From: Ophelia neglecta
Taxonomy: Eukaryota
DNA: 64,000 nt
Assembly: GCA_965285935.1 (NCBI GenBank)
Contig: OZ260666.1
Coordinates: 63,674,001 to 63,738,000 of the forward strand
Direction: 5' to 3'
The first letter of the stretch is position 1. Every line of letters begins with the position of its first letter. The notes below the pieces were generated by a model that did not search any database, was not told the DNA's origin, and saw only the letters and a program-made list of their open reading frames with translations. Shown here in pieces: positions 11,051 through 24,046 of this stretch. The translations under genes and the position numbers were made by a program.

Positions 11051-13497
11051 ATTTTTATTTTCACCACACCTGATGCTATTTTGAAAAAAAATGGAATTTG
11101 GGGCTTGCATACGCAGACATGGTTTATGACCATGCAATAAAATGAAATGTCCCCCACGTATGGCACAGAAAACCTTCTAAAAATTCGTAGTACTTGTCGC
11201 TTCGTTTTTGCTTATCAAGATACAGATTGTTATTTTGTTTTTGAAAACAAAGTTATGAGTTATTAAGTCCACATATTCAGTCAAATCAAGTTGATTGCAA
11301 GAACTCTGTTCTAACGGTAGATTTCCTGACAAGGGCTGTGGACGAAAGGTCCCCATACTTCAAAAAATGAATGATGCTTCGCCAATACTTCCTATTGTTA
11401 GTGCTCGGTGCACATGTTGACATTTGCCTATGTGCTTTCAACTTGACTACTCTATTCTGACCCAAATCGACCCATTTTTAAGAATTTATTATATTTCTAT
11501 GGTTATTTGCGTCTATACATCAAGGTCCATATAGAGGAGGTAATTCAAATTGACTTTAAATTCAATCTGACAATGCTTTAAAATGTTATTTGCTAATTTC
11601 TTATATGATCGTGTTAGTTCAAATATTTTAAATATGATTGTATATACTCGATTGATTGCGATGTGCTATTGTGCTGTCGTACATAATAATAAACACAAAG
11701 TTGTATGGAATCTGGTGAATTCCTAGAAGTATGAAAGCTCCCCAAGGTCAGCCCAGGCGCTTCGAGCTAATAACACGGCACTCAACAACTCTGCCGGGGG
11801 GATGGCTCTAATGTCACCGCACTCAACACCCATTACACTCCCCAATAACAAAACTATCTGCAATTGTCTCAATTGTTGTGACGATTATATATATCTAGTG
11901 AATTATACACTAATTACAACAATAGAACTTGTTTTCAGTAATGTTGATTTAAGACGTCTTGTGCAGGATGAGCAAATTTATCGATGATACATTGTTTGTC
12001 AAATCAATTATTTATAATAGCAGGCATGTCCATTATACGTTATTTGCGTTCTCGGTTCCCCTAGAACTCTCATAAGTTTATTCAAAAAGATCACCAACTG
12101 CTCAATAGCACAAACCTCGATGTCGTACAAGAAATAAAACCACGATCATACATTACGTCGACAACAATATCCCACTGCCATCATTGTATTTTATGGCCAT
12201 ATAATTATGTTCATACTGGCGTCAGTGGATTGAACGAATGTCGTATATATAGTTAGTGGAAGCCAGATTGAAAACAGTAATTAATATATTACAGAAAAAC
12301 AAAGACCTCGACTACTAAGAAGAATCCTTAGAACAGTCTTTCGTATAATTTATTAGTCTACCTGTTTGATTATAACAACTATTGCAGCGTCTTTCCATTT
12401 GTTACAATGATGACGATATGCGGCAAATTGTCATATTATATTATATATGGCACCCCGCGAAAAGATAACATGAAAATATGCACGCAATCAAATTGATAAT
12501 CCAGAGAGCTAGCGGCCCCAGTAACACTACCAGGAGTAAGACACTGATGAATGAGCCAGACGCAGCCCAACCGTCGTATCCAGAGTATGTAGGTGGACAA
12601 CTCAACCCGACCACCTAACTTTGCTTGAATGAGTAAGGGGTTCCTGGCCGTGAATTGCTGTGTTCTTCGTTGAGTGGTGAAACACCTGAGCGTAAGACTG
12701 GCTTGACTGTTATACCAGTTGTCCTGTCAATCATTTCACTAGAAGAAATTAGCTTCTTATTGACATTTTAAAACAGGAACACTCGCTTGCTCTGGCTCCT
12801 GCTATAGACGCACTTGGTAAGTAATGTAAAGTCACTGCTCATTTGTTATCTACGCGTCGTCACCTAATGCTTTGTTAGCATATACAGAAAGCCATTTATC
12901 TGTTTTATAATCACCAGAAAATGGAAAGTTATCCGTGAGTGTATCCTCGGATACGTGACTGCACTAATTAATGTGGCAGAGAAAGCTGTGAATTGCGTAG
13001 ACAAAACGTAATCTTTCATTCTAAGAAAAATACGATGCCTTTGTTATTTCCTTTATTTTGCAAACATTTGTTACCAGAAATAGATGTATTGCTAGAAACA
13101 GATACATTTATCATCTAGACGATGCTTGCATAAACACGGAGGGGTAATGAAAATTGCGATTGAAAAAAGGGGCAAGTTTTCAGAATGTTTAGGAACATTT
13201 ATGTTTCTGACACAAATCCCTGCTCAAGAGCGCTTTTCTGAATTATCGGACACACAAGGGCTAGGAGATGTTAAGTATACAAACCAGAAACACACCTGAT
13301 GTATGTTGTTTCTCGAGGAACAGCCTATACTTCAAAGTAGATAGTTTATCTTGTTCATACACCAGACGTTGGTTGATACACGAATTTCGGACGATAAATC
13401 AACCGATGCCGACTTGCTTGCTCTTCTATACCGCATGAGCAATAAACGGTTACTGTTGATTAGAACAACACCCAGAAAGACATAGGCATAATAACTA

Positions 13498-13633
13498 GGG
13501 GATGGCGGGGGAATGGGCCACTGGGAAGTAGGGGTTTGTGGGAGGGTGGGAGGATTGAAGATGTTGGCGTTGGTGGGAGGAGAGGGCGGATGGGGTTGGG
13601 TGGCCGGCAGGTTGGAGGGAGGGAGGGGACGGG
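13498..13633 (+). repeat. G-rich low-complexity tract with G-quadruplex potential
   Basis: More than ten GGG runs with short loops in ~135 nt. Confidence 0.6.
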
Positions 13634-15399
13634 TTAGATTAAGTAAGACATATTCACGCTCCCATATTACAGACTCGTCTCATTTTCCATGATAACTTTA
13701 ACGCTTTCTGTTCAATATCAATAATGATATTTACAAAAATAAGCTTTGCCTCTAGAGATGGATAAGGCTATACCTGCTTCAAATTATTTTCACTGCAGGC
13801 CGCGGGGGGGGGGGGGGCGAACATTCTCCTTGGACCGAAGGGGTAGGGAAAGATCCCATTGACGCATGTCTTGGACTATTGCATGTAGTCAACTAGGCAT
13901 TGTAAAAACAGCTATTATTGAACATAACGGAATATAGTGTAAAGTATAAATAAGTAGGGTGAATCCGAAAAACTCGCACCCGTGGTAGGCCTACCACGAA
14001 CAGAAACAAGGACCTCGATATAGGCTGATGATAATGCCGAATTGTTTTTTTCCATTTTTAATCTGAACATTATTTATTGAAATTACTATCGTATGGAACA
14101 ACAATTAAAGAGAGCCTTTCATTTTTGGCTTTTAGTTGTCGCAGCCTCGGCAAAGTTCGAGAACCAATCCCTGTAAGTTCGCTACCCGTTCCTGGAATGG
14201 TGCGCATCTTTTAATATGTCCTACAACAGTTCTAAACTTAACTTATATAACTACTCAGCAGACATCTAATTTTTCTCTAGAATCTCTAACTTCAAGGTCG
14301 ATATTATGAATATTTAAACACAGATTTTTAATAGGCGAGTTAATAATATACCTATAGCCCTGGTTACCTCAACATTCACCGTCAACACAAAATAATCTGT
14401 AAACTATATTTGACCAATTCCTTATGCCCCAAAATGATCCAACGATTAAATGGAGGGTCGTAACTTGCGTCCAATACCCCGAAATCTGGATAATGGATAA
14501 GTGCTTTGCCACCCATCACATATCATGCGCGAATTATCAGGTGTGCTCGGGCCTGTCCGTCTACATAATAATTTCCGTTTAAGGCTTTTCCAAATATCTG
14601 ATTAAACCAAAGGGCAAAGTTGGGTACAATACATTATTAGCTGATGATGGTAAGATGTTTTGTGAGTTCAGTAAGTTCATTCTTCTTTCCTTGCTCCACA
14701 TAGCTCCCCCCTCAATCCCACTTTTTCTTCACAAGAATACGTCATTAAGTAATCCGCCCCACCCATTTCCCATTACATATTTCCTTACTTAACTTTTCTG
14801 CAATAGATTAATTTCCTCCTCTGTAAAATAAACGTTATGTTCATTTAATCGATGTTGTTTTTCATTTGGAAGGGGTCAAGGGTCTTGCTCTCATGCGGTG
14901 AGAGGGAGGGGGAAGGTGGGGAGAGGTATTTTCACATGATGCCTGCAATCAGACCTCTAAAAACTGATCATAAACTCAGAACGTTTTTTTCTCTGACTTA
15001 GCAAGTAAGTGTCGTATGCAGTTAGAAAGTAGTGGAAAAGTTAAACAATTTGTTGGTTCGAAATAAAGCTTAGGTGCTTAGATCGATATCTTTTGTGCAA
15101 AAAAGCAGAGCTCGAGGCTGATTGGTTTTATCAGCAGGTTTCTGACATAACAACAACATCTGCATTTCATCCACATCTCCTATTTACACACACGTGCATC
15201 AAGCCGATTATCAGCCGGTTTCTGTTAACCGGAAGTTTTGAGGGTGCATGTTGTATCGAGAAATGTTGCTTTCGAGATACTGTTCAGTGACGGTCTCGCT
15301 CTGCAGTTCCCCTGCAACGGTTATTTGTGCTGCTATTCAACGAACGTGGTCCTGCCTTATGACTGACAGTCACGTGCACAAAATCCCACACAATCTAGA

Positions 15400-15554
15400 A
15401 ATAAAAAACCCCGCTGCTCCGCAACGTGACTTTTAGCCTATCAGCGCAATGCACGTTCGGTGATGATTATATATATGTTTAGGTTCATCACCGAAACGTA
15501 CAGTGCATTGCGCTCTTAGGCTTAAGATCACGCGGCGGAGCAGGGGTTTTTATT
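15400..15554. repeat. Long imperfect inverted repeat (foldback/MITE-like)
   Basis: Left arm aataaaaaaccccgctgctccgc...gcgcaatgcacgttcggtgatga pairs with right arm tcatcaccgaaac...gtgcattgcgc...gcggagcaggggtttttatt; arms ~68 bp, AT-rich loop ~19 nt. Confidence 0.85.
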
Positions 15555-18414
15555 CGTGATAGCATGATAGAATCGTAGAGGCCGGCATACTTGCTTTCCA
15601 GACTCGCCAGAATGGAAGGAGGCCAACTAGGTCAAGGTCAGGACCGCGCGCCTCCTTTCGAAAAAATATTGTGTCACTTGAAAAATAGGTTGGAAGACAG
15701 ACGTTGATATATGAAGTTTGCGACATATAACTGTGCAGTTTCGGTTTCTGATTAACCCGGAACTGGGCACTTATTATAAGTATTAATGTGCGTTTTCAAT
15801 ATGTCATTAATAGTTATTTAGGTCTAACGTTACAAAGACTCTTTTACTTGGTGTAAAATACAAGGTTGTTATAAAGGGCGGACGGCATTATATAAGGTTT
15901 GATTTGATAAGATCATTTTGTTTCCAGGAAGTGGGATATCGTTCTCACAAAATCTCATTTTATTAACATTTAATTGCAAGCGAAAACGAAAACGAAATAC
16001 CCTTTCTTGGGAAAGAAATACTATGTCAAAATAATAATCACAATTCCCAGAAGCCATAGTTCCCAGCCACTATTGCTATAGTCAATGCATCGACATTAAG
16101 CTATTGGGAATATTGTGATTGGGTAATTGTTTTCGAGCCTTGCTGACACAGGTCTATGCCTACATCTTCAAGAGTAAGCAAAGAAAAGAAGTTTTATAAT
16201 TATATGCCACACAATTTGGTCTAAAAGCAACTACCTATGCATTTGCAAATGGTGCTAACACATCTGCACAAAGAAGACATTCACTACATTCTCCATACAC
16301 CTCGGGAGCTGGTATGATATATGTGAGTGGCACTACTGTGTGGTTTGTGCCTGGAATGTTCCTAACATTTCGGTTACAAAACACCAAAAACAGACCACCA
16401 CCCTTTAAGAAACCGTGCCCATCAGATTCCATGTATATAATTATGTGAATAAATATTTAGGAAGCCTGACCTGGTGGTAAATAAATATTGACTGAAGCTC
16501 TAAATAATTAATGAAACCTCTTCCATTGTCGGTATATTTTGAGCATATTTACATTCAATACTACTACCTTGAGTTAGATAAAATGGCGTAGAAGGATTAT
16601 TTGTAACAAACTGATGGGGCAGAGTGGAACATTGATGATCAAGTAGAACACTCTGAATAGAAGTTCGAAATGGCTGACGGCACGATCCATTAAGGTTTAA
16701 AACATTAATGTGAGACCAATATATTATTCATATCGTACATTGATATCTTCAGATCCAATCTTTTTCGACTGAGAACATTGAAAAGATTGTTGTTGCATTT
16801 GAATAAAGGTTTTAGTCTATACGTTGTTTTTCATGCCAATACTACGTGAAGCCAATTATGGAAAATCGCATGAAATAGGAATTCCCTCGGGCAGAAACAA
16901 TTACCAAAAGCCCGTTACATTCTCTGGTATAGAAAGGATGTATGAAGTCAATGACAATATTGTCACGAAAGGTATATATACCCTCAGATTAGCTGTACAA
17001 TATTTAATCCATCCTGTCTAAAAATAAAAAAGAATTATTCGTAATGAAATAAACATGATGACGCTTGCTTTGACGCCAAATGTGGATAAAATTCATTGTA
17101 AAGGGTTTCCATTTAATTCCACTTTATTTTTTTAAACGGTTGACTTTTGTTTTGATACTGTATCATATTTACGAGCAAGCTTCTTTTCTATCGCCAAATA
17201 CAGGTATTTCATTCCGTTAATAAACAATAAATGAATACTTATTTTGCTGTAGAAATTCATGACTCGAAAATGTATGGTTGAGATGGCTGGTTTCATGCTG
17301 CGAGTTTTATTTTGGCCAAAGAGAACCACCCCGTTTCTCCAACTGCAATGATATTGTTCTATCTTCGAAGTTATCGAATTTTTATGAACGGATTGTGCAT
17401 GTGTGTGTGTTTAATTATTTGCGGAAGGAGGTCCGAATATTGGTTGCCTCCATGAATGCCAAGCAGCTGGCTAACTGTAATAGGCTCAGTTGAGTGTGTG
17501 GACTAGGTCTGTTTACCGTACAAATATTGGGCCACCTATCAGGTATTATAATTATTGCAGTTTATTGATAGGTCTACCTTCCCTGCCGCCCTTTCCTTAC
17601 CAGGAGTCCACGTGATATGTGGAATGGGCAATCATATATTGATCTTTGTTTGAATTCCCCAATTTAACATTATATTAGACGAGTAGAGCGGCTCTTAACC
17701 AATTATCACTTTTCCGTCCCTAGCCTCATTAGTTGGATTATACAAATTGCCAGGTGTGGTTTGATAAGTAGAAGGCTGGTATCTGTCCGTTTCTATTAGC
17801 GTAATTTCCAATTTTCCAATCACGTTTCCATTAAATAAGAAAGTCTGTTAGGGAATCTTCATGACACTCTTTACAATTATTTTGTTTAAGTGGTTGTTTA
17901 GTAAATTACTAAATGTCAATATGTTCCTTGACTGGTGGTTCGTACATTTAATGGAGTTTCCATCTTATTTCTTTTCCGGCAAGTTGCACGTTCTGCGCAA
18001 TGCTATGGGCTTATTTGATTAAGTACGTGTTGTTTCAATTCTACCCTCCGGGCGCAAGGAAATGGAGAAGGGATAAGCAAAAGGGTCAGGGGGACCCTAC
18101 CTGGTGATGAGAATGATGCTCCCAAGTGCAATTGTGGTGTGCTTTTCTCCAAGTTAAGCAAAACACTAACAATTTGGTGATTTGATTTATTTTATTATTA
18201 GACGCTAGATACGGCTACTACCTTTGTTTCATGCCGCCCAATTTACCTGGGAGTTTCCGCCAGCAGTTAAGCACAAACAGACAAATATGCTAACATACGT
18301 CTATGTAGGCTTATATGGCTTTTAGCTTATAGTAGAGGAAATTCTTAATCTAAAATTGTGGCTTCAAGTCACGTTTTACCGCATTATGTAATAAAAGTGC
18401 ATTGGAAGTGGTCG

Positions 18415-18620
18415 TAAACCCTTAGCTCACATATTGGATATTAGGCACCAGCTCACCTGTTGGCCGTTCGAACCTAGCTGTTAGGCCCCAATTCAGCTAT
18501 TGACCGTAAGGCCCCAGGCCACCTATTGGCCTTAAGGTTTAAGCCATATATTGACCGTTTAGCCCCAGCTCAGCTATTGGCCTTTTCAGTGTACCCATTG
18601 GCCGTTAGGCCGCACCTCGG
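18415..18620. repeat. Degenerate ~26-bp minisatellite, ~8 units
   Basis: Consensus ttaggccccagctcacctattggccg; clear units start at 18441, 18481 and 18507. Confidence 0.8.
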
Positions 18621-21239
18621 TACGGTTTCTGATTATAGGCCTAGAGATACCTGCGTTCTTGACGGAATTCAATTCGTTAATGATTCATATAAAACATGGA
18701 GGCAGTGAGATAGTTGTACGAAATTCTGTTAGAGTTGAGTGTAGGAAAAACAAACACATTTTACATAAAAATAGCAAATAGAGGTTTATTTAGATTTATT
18801 TCTAAGTGCAACTTGTTGCCGACCTCGGTCAAAAGTTTGTTGCCTCCCCACCCACCTTGGATTTCACCAGTTCAACTAGCTTGGCCCCAAAGCTTTTATT
18901 GGTAAGCACAGTTACCTGTCGGACATGATAAATATAGTCAACACAGACTTCCTAGACTATGATCTATTGAACGGGCTCAGAGAAAGGCATATGGTAAAAA
19001 TATTAACTGCATTCAGACAAGAAAACCACATAAAATGACTCTTTTATACTCCGCTGGCGGCCCTGTTTTTAGACGCTCTTCTGGCCCGCGTTCACTCATG
19101 TCCGTTGTTGCTTTTAAACCCATCCATTCCGGATTTTAGGCATACTGTACATTGTACATTAGCGATTCATAAATAGTAATTCAATGACATGAGATTTTAA
19201 TTAGCTCAAATGAAGAAAATACGTATATGTTAATTTGGAGCATTTTTACAGGTACAACGAGAACCAATACATACTCTCCTTTGCTCCTTTGAAATATTCG
19301 TTTGGTCTCCAGTCGATAAAAGTCTGATGTTATCCAGACGACCACAGACTTATTGTCAACGATGGCAGATTCAGAAGGGAGGGGTCGGGTGACGGCCCAG
19401 ATATTCTAGAATATTTAAATATTTAAGTCTTCTAGGTGGTAGCACCCCCCCCCCCCATCCCATCCAACTCACAGCGGCACCCGTTATGCATAGAACGTTT
19501 AAGAACACCTGGGGGTAAAACATCCACACCACGCCCTCAACTTGATGGCTGAATCCAATCTTTTTTGCTAGCCACGCACCTGGCTAACTCTTTTGGAGGT
19601 GGTTACCCTTATTCCTAACCAATATCTAATGATGACCGCAAGCGAAAACACTATACTTAAATCGAAATCCGGCCGATGGCAGCATATCCACTAATTAATG
19701 GTCACCTATCCTTATTTTATATTTATATTAGAAAGATATATGCAAATTATGTAAATGGATTATCCCAATGTTAAAAACAAAACTCCAGTCAGTTCAGCTG
19801 AGATTTGTTTGTCAGCTGTGCCTGGTAATTGATCTATTTATATATATATATATGTGCGGTAGTTTCACTTACGCTTCAAAATGGAAAGCAAACAAAATCA
19901 ACCTGACAAGTAAAGTTTCAAATGGTGTCTGTGGTAAGGGCTCGCAGATCAAGTATACGTACTTGGTGTTATTCTAGAAGTACATCTGGAAACATTCCCC
20001 CAGATAAATAACAAGAAAGAGATTTTGTTTCGATGGAACCCTCTTGTACTGTTTATGTCTTCAGGTGTTGTGCTCATTAGTCACGGTCGATTACTTAATC
20101 GTCCCATGCTGGCACAAGCCTTGAAACTTTAACAGTATTAGGATATAAGCGACCAACGTAGATTGGATTCTATTATTACTACCCACTTATTTTGAAGAAA
20201 AAAAATGTGTGCACAGTATGAAGATTGTCTTTAGAAGTGCAGTTCTTTATCTTGCTAGGTAAAAAGTAGGAGAGTCATGACAGTTTATATTTATCACGCT
20301 AGACAATGGCTGGAATGGCCTCACTGTCCAGAGAAATATATTTAAGTGATCATAAATTCTGTCAAACGTTCACAATATAGTAACCGGCCCACAGGAACAT
20401 AGTTAAATTTATTGATTTCAATAATTGACTATTCACAATTTTGAGTTTTATCTGCTCTTATGGTATTGTACGGTATTTACGTACTTGCATGATTACTAAA
20501 TAAGTGTGTAAACCATATCATTGTACTACACCTTTATGACATTTTCTTCATATATGCTAATTATACTATCATGCCTTTGAATTATTATTTATTGTGCGCC
20601 GATATACAATGGCTTACAAAACGGCATGGATGGGTTTTTAAAATAGCACCAGACATGAGGGGATGTGTGCCTAGCGGGAAATAGAAGAGGCATTCCATGT
20701 GGTTTTCGTGCCTGAATTCAGTTATTATGTTTGATAGCTTGTGCACCAAGGCCACTAGATATTCGACAAAGAAGTAAAGCTTATAAAGTCAAAACATTAG
20801 CAAGAAGAACGGTTTGGAATCCAAGTGTTGGCCCGTCTATCGAAAATCGCCGTATATACACGGCAGATAAAGCAAAATCAGCCATCAAGAATAATCCGCC
20901 CCTTTGGTTTGCTCCGCGAGATAGTGACCTCAACCGTTCGCTGTCGCCTCATCACTTTCGGCAAGGCCATTTTTGCATCACAAGACTTTTGCGGAACAAG
21001 TATCAATAAATATCGATCAATGTCAAAACCATCCAACGTTTTATCGTTAGGTAGCATTAGATAATATTTCAGAGCACTTATCTGACTATATTTTAAAAAC
21101 TTTAACTGCAACCAATTACCATGTTTTCCCCTCTAGGTGGAATATTCATGTAGTAACATTATGACGGCGGCTCATGATCTGTGATAAAGTCGGCTCGTAA
21201 GCAACATTTATGTTAGGTGTACATTGGAAAATTAGTATA

Positions 21240-22010
21240 CAGGGTTGAGATCTGGCCCTTTAAATTATAAAATTATAGGGAGCTAGAAACGGGAAAGTCT
21301 AGCATTGCAATCAAATCATGATAACTGATTAATGCATCTTATACCAACAATGAAAAAGGAATTTAAGAGGTTGATAGTAACCTCCACACCCCATTGATTT
21401 GCGTTGTCACATGTGCATGTGAAAAGAATATGATGCTGCCTTGGTAACATTGGCAGCTGTGATGGCTGTGTTTGTCTATACTCAAAACACATTCCGGGAT
21501 TGAGACCTTTCGTGCAGATGTCGTATCAAGAGATCAAAATGATCGCACAGAGTGGTTTTAAATCCAGAAGTTTTTCACAGATAACACATTTTTGATAGGC
21601 CTATGCCTGATATAAATTTATTTTCATCTAGATTGAATAAAACAACTAGACTAATTTGTATCTTAAACATGACCTAGAAGCACATTATCCGAACAATATC
21701 TTGGACTGACAATCAAACGATACAAAAGATTGCCCTCGAAGAAGCTGAAGTACTCATGGTTCAAGAATCGTGTTCTAAAATCTGCTAGATCTACCCCAGC
21801 AGCCAAAGAAGACGCGCCCACACTATCCTAAAATGAAATTCGTTGCTGTCAGGTTGTCCGGAAAAACCTGGAAGCAGGAGGCATTTCGATGAAGACCATG
21901 TGAATTATACTGGACTCGTGGAGAACTGGAACTAAGAAACAGTACTCTGTATACACATGCAGATTATTCAACTATTTTGATAGAGGGAGCATTGATTTGA
22001 TTTCCAATAT
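21240..22010 (+). mobile_element. Decayed DIRS-type (tyrosine recombinase) retrotransposon fragment
   Basis: Motifs in order: HIPG..ADVVSR (RNase H end); TEWFLNPEVF..PDINLFSSRLN (methyltransferase-like domain); LDLPQQP..KMKFVAVRLSG overlapping, in another frame, GISMKTM*IILDSWRTGTKKQYSVY (recombinase N-terminus). Stops and frameshifts present. Confidence 0.8.
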
Positions 22011-22861
22011 ACTTTATAAACAGTCGATGTCAAACTAATTTCAAATGATCCACAAAATAACACTCCACCATGGTTGGAAATATTCTTTGTTTTGTATTGC
22101 TGGTGTCTATATCATTAAGGAAGTTAGTACCCATTCTAAACTAGTTATATCAATGATATTTATTGTAGGAATGAGATCGACACTAACGTATCAGGAAAAT
22201 CACGTACGGATATTTATGAGATATAAACAAATAATACACGCCGGCAATCCGTTTAAGTTTGCTTTACGTTACCGGAACTAGAAAAATAGGTGGTAGAAAA
22301 ATAAACAACAAATATTCTTATTCATTCAACCCATTCCAATTAAACGCCCGATTTGTGATTATTCAGTTATTACTCGAGTGTAGCTGTGTATTTGTGTTGT
22401 GGATTTGTACGATATGACTTCCTTCATCAGTTGCATAAGTAACTTTATTTCACCCACACGGAACAAGTTTCGGGTTTTTAGAGACTCGTGGTCAGTGGCC
22501 GGTTTGTTGCCGGTGCTTGGGGGAAACTAATGCTGTTGTTATCATTAAAAACATGTTGTTACCCCTAGGTGACTTTATCACGTTATCACCGATTTTTTTT
22601 GGTTAAAAAACACATATTATTGATACTTCTCCATTCCCACTGTATTTTTTTCTTTACATAACAAGATACATCGTCGTTGATACACACAAAATAATTTTGA
22701 GCTGTTGTTGTGTAGCCTCCTTCTGTATGTTAATTGTTTGTATTCATCCACGTTGCTCTTTTCATTTTTAGGAGAGGACTGCTTCTATCAGGCACTGAAA
22801 TGTGATCTACGCTCAAGTCCATTCATTTGAATTAGATGAGTCAGTATTTCTTCCAACTGAT

Positions 22862-24046
22862 ATGGAAATAACAAAAAGCTACTTATACGAAATCACCACC
22901 TCGGACGTGACGCTGTCTGACGTGATTGCCGTTACGAACTTTACGTCTTTTATTACCGAGCAGCTTAACACAACAAGTTTAATCCCACCGGATAAGGACA
23001 TTAACGTTCTTTGGATCTATTTTGTCCTCGCTGGTGTAGTGGTATGTAGCGGACTTATCTTTGATATTTTATCAATTGTGGTTTTTGCTACTTCAAGGAC
23101 ATTACGCAGGACCACAACCGGGCATTACTTGATAGCTCTTATGGTTGCTGACACCTGCTTTCTATTGGGGGAGTTATTAAGATGGTTGACCTACTCGATC
23201 GATGGGGAGCCTGTGCTCGGTCTGACCTTTACAAGCCAGTATGACGGCGCCTGCAGAACAGCATATTTCATACGTTACAGTGCCAAGCTGACGTCCGCCT
23301 GGTTAACGGTGGTAATCACACTGGAGAGATACCTAACAGTCTCCATGCCTCTAAGGGTCGGCCAGATTTCGACGACCAGTAAGGCCAAGGCATTGATTGC
23401 CGTTCTGACCGTAGCCTGTATAGTCCTTGGCGCCTTCCCTTTCTGGACGGTAGGCGTTGGAGTCTGGGACGGGGTAAACTACTGTGTTATCACGGATGCG
23501 TTACAGTACGAAAAGTGGTTAATGGCCATACTCCGTGTCGGATCCCTGTTTCTGCCCTGCGTCATTATCTTTCTCCTGACTGTTGCCATTATCGTCCACC
23601 TGTATCGCGCTGACAGAAAGCGGCAGAAAATGAGCAGCATGGAGGGGAAAAGCGTCCAGAAACAGCTGACAGCTATGCTGCTGGCCGTGGCTATCTCCTT
23701 TATTGTTCTCCGGCTACCCTACACCACCTTTTGGTATCTCAACAACTACGCCAAGGACCTTCAGTTAAGTCGGGTAACTGAGGACTGGATCTACCGAGCT
23801 CGGTATATCACTGAAGTCATCGCAATGGCCAACTACGCCTCCAACTTTTTTCTCTTTTGCGTTTGCGGCAGCGCCTTCCGAGAGCAAATGGGAAAGTTCT
23901 GTCGACGAGGAAAAAAAAATAAACAGCGCCATCTTTCGTCTAACACTTTATCTACGCGCGCTCATTCCAGCTATGCCGCGCGGGACACACTTCGAAAGGA
24001 CAACATTTCGCATTCATACCACGCCACGATGTCTTCTGGCTCCTAG
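22862..24046 (+). CDS. Class A GPCR, FMRFamide/sex-peptide-receptor-like group, copy 2 (394 aa)
   Basis: Paralogue of 478-1662 with the same length (1185 nt) from ATG 22862 (MEITKS...). The ORF track's GTG start at 22802 is not supported by copy 1. Confidence 0.95.
   Translation: MEITKSYLYEITTSDVTLSDVIAVTNFTSFITEQLNTTSLIPPDKDINVLWIYFVLAGVVVCSGLIFDILSIVVFATSRTLRRTTTGHYLIALMVADTCFLLGELLRWLTYSIDGEPVLGLTFTSQYDGACRTAYFIRYSAKLTSAWLTVVITLERYLTVSMPLRVGQISTTSKAKALIAVLTVACIVLGAFPFWTVGVGVWDGVNYCVITDALQYEKWLMAILRVGSLFLPCVIIFLLTVAIIVHLYRADRKRQKMSSMEGKSVQKQLTAMLLAVAISFIVLRLPYTTFWYLNNYAKDLQLSRVTEDWIYRARYITEVIAMANYASNFFLFCVCGSAFREQMGKFCRRGKKNKQRHLSSNTLSTRAHSSYAARDTLRKDNISHSYHATMSSGS

Noticed and set aside
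12544-12580. Hammerhead ribozyme core (CTGATGA), also checked at ~14025, 14641 and 61813
   Set aside because: No stem II followed by GAAA and no compatible stems I/III.
18415-18620. CRISPR-like array
   Set aside because: Contiguous degenerate tandem units with no unique spacers, no cas genes, and a eukaryotic context.
22802-22861. 20-aa N-terminal extension of GPCR copy 2 in the ORF track
   Set aside because: It starts at GTG, and the homologous region of copy 1 has an in-frame stop; ATG 22862 gives the same length as copy 1.
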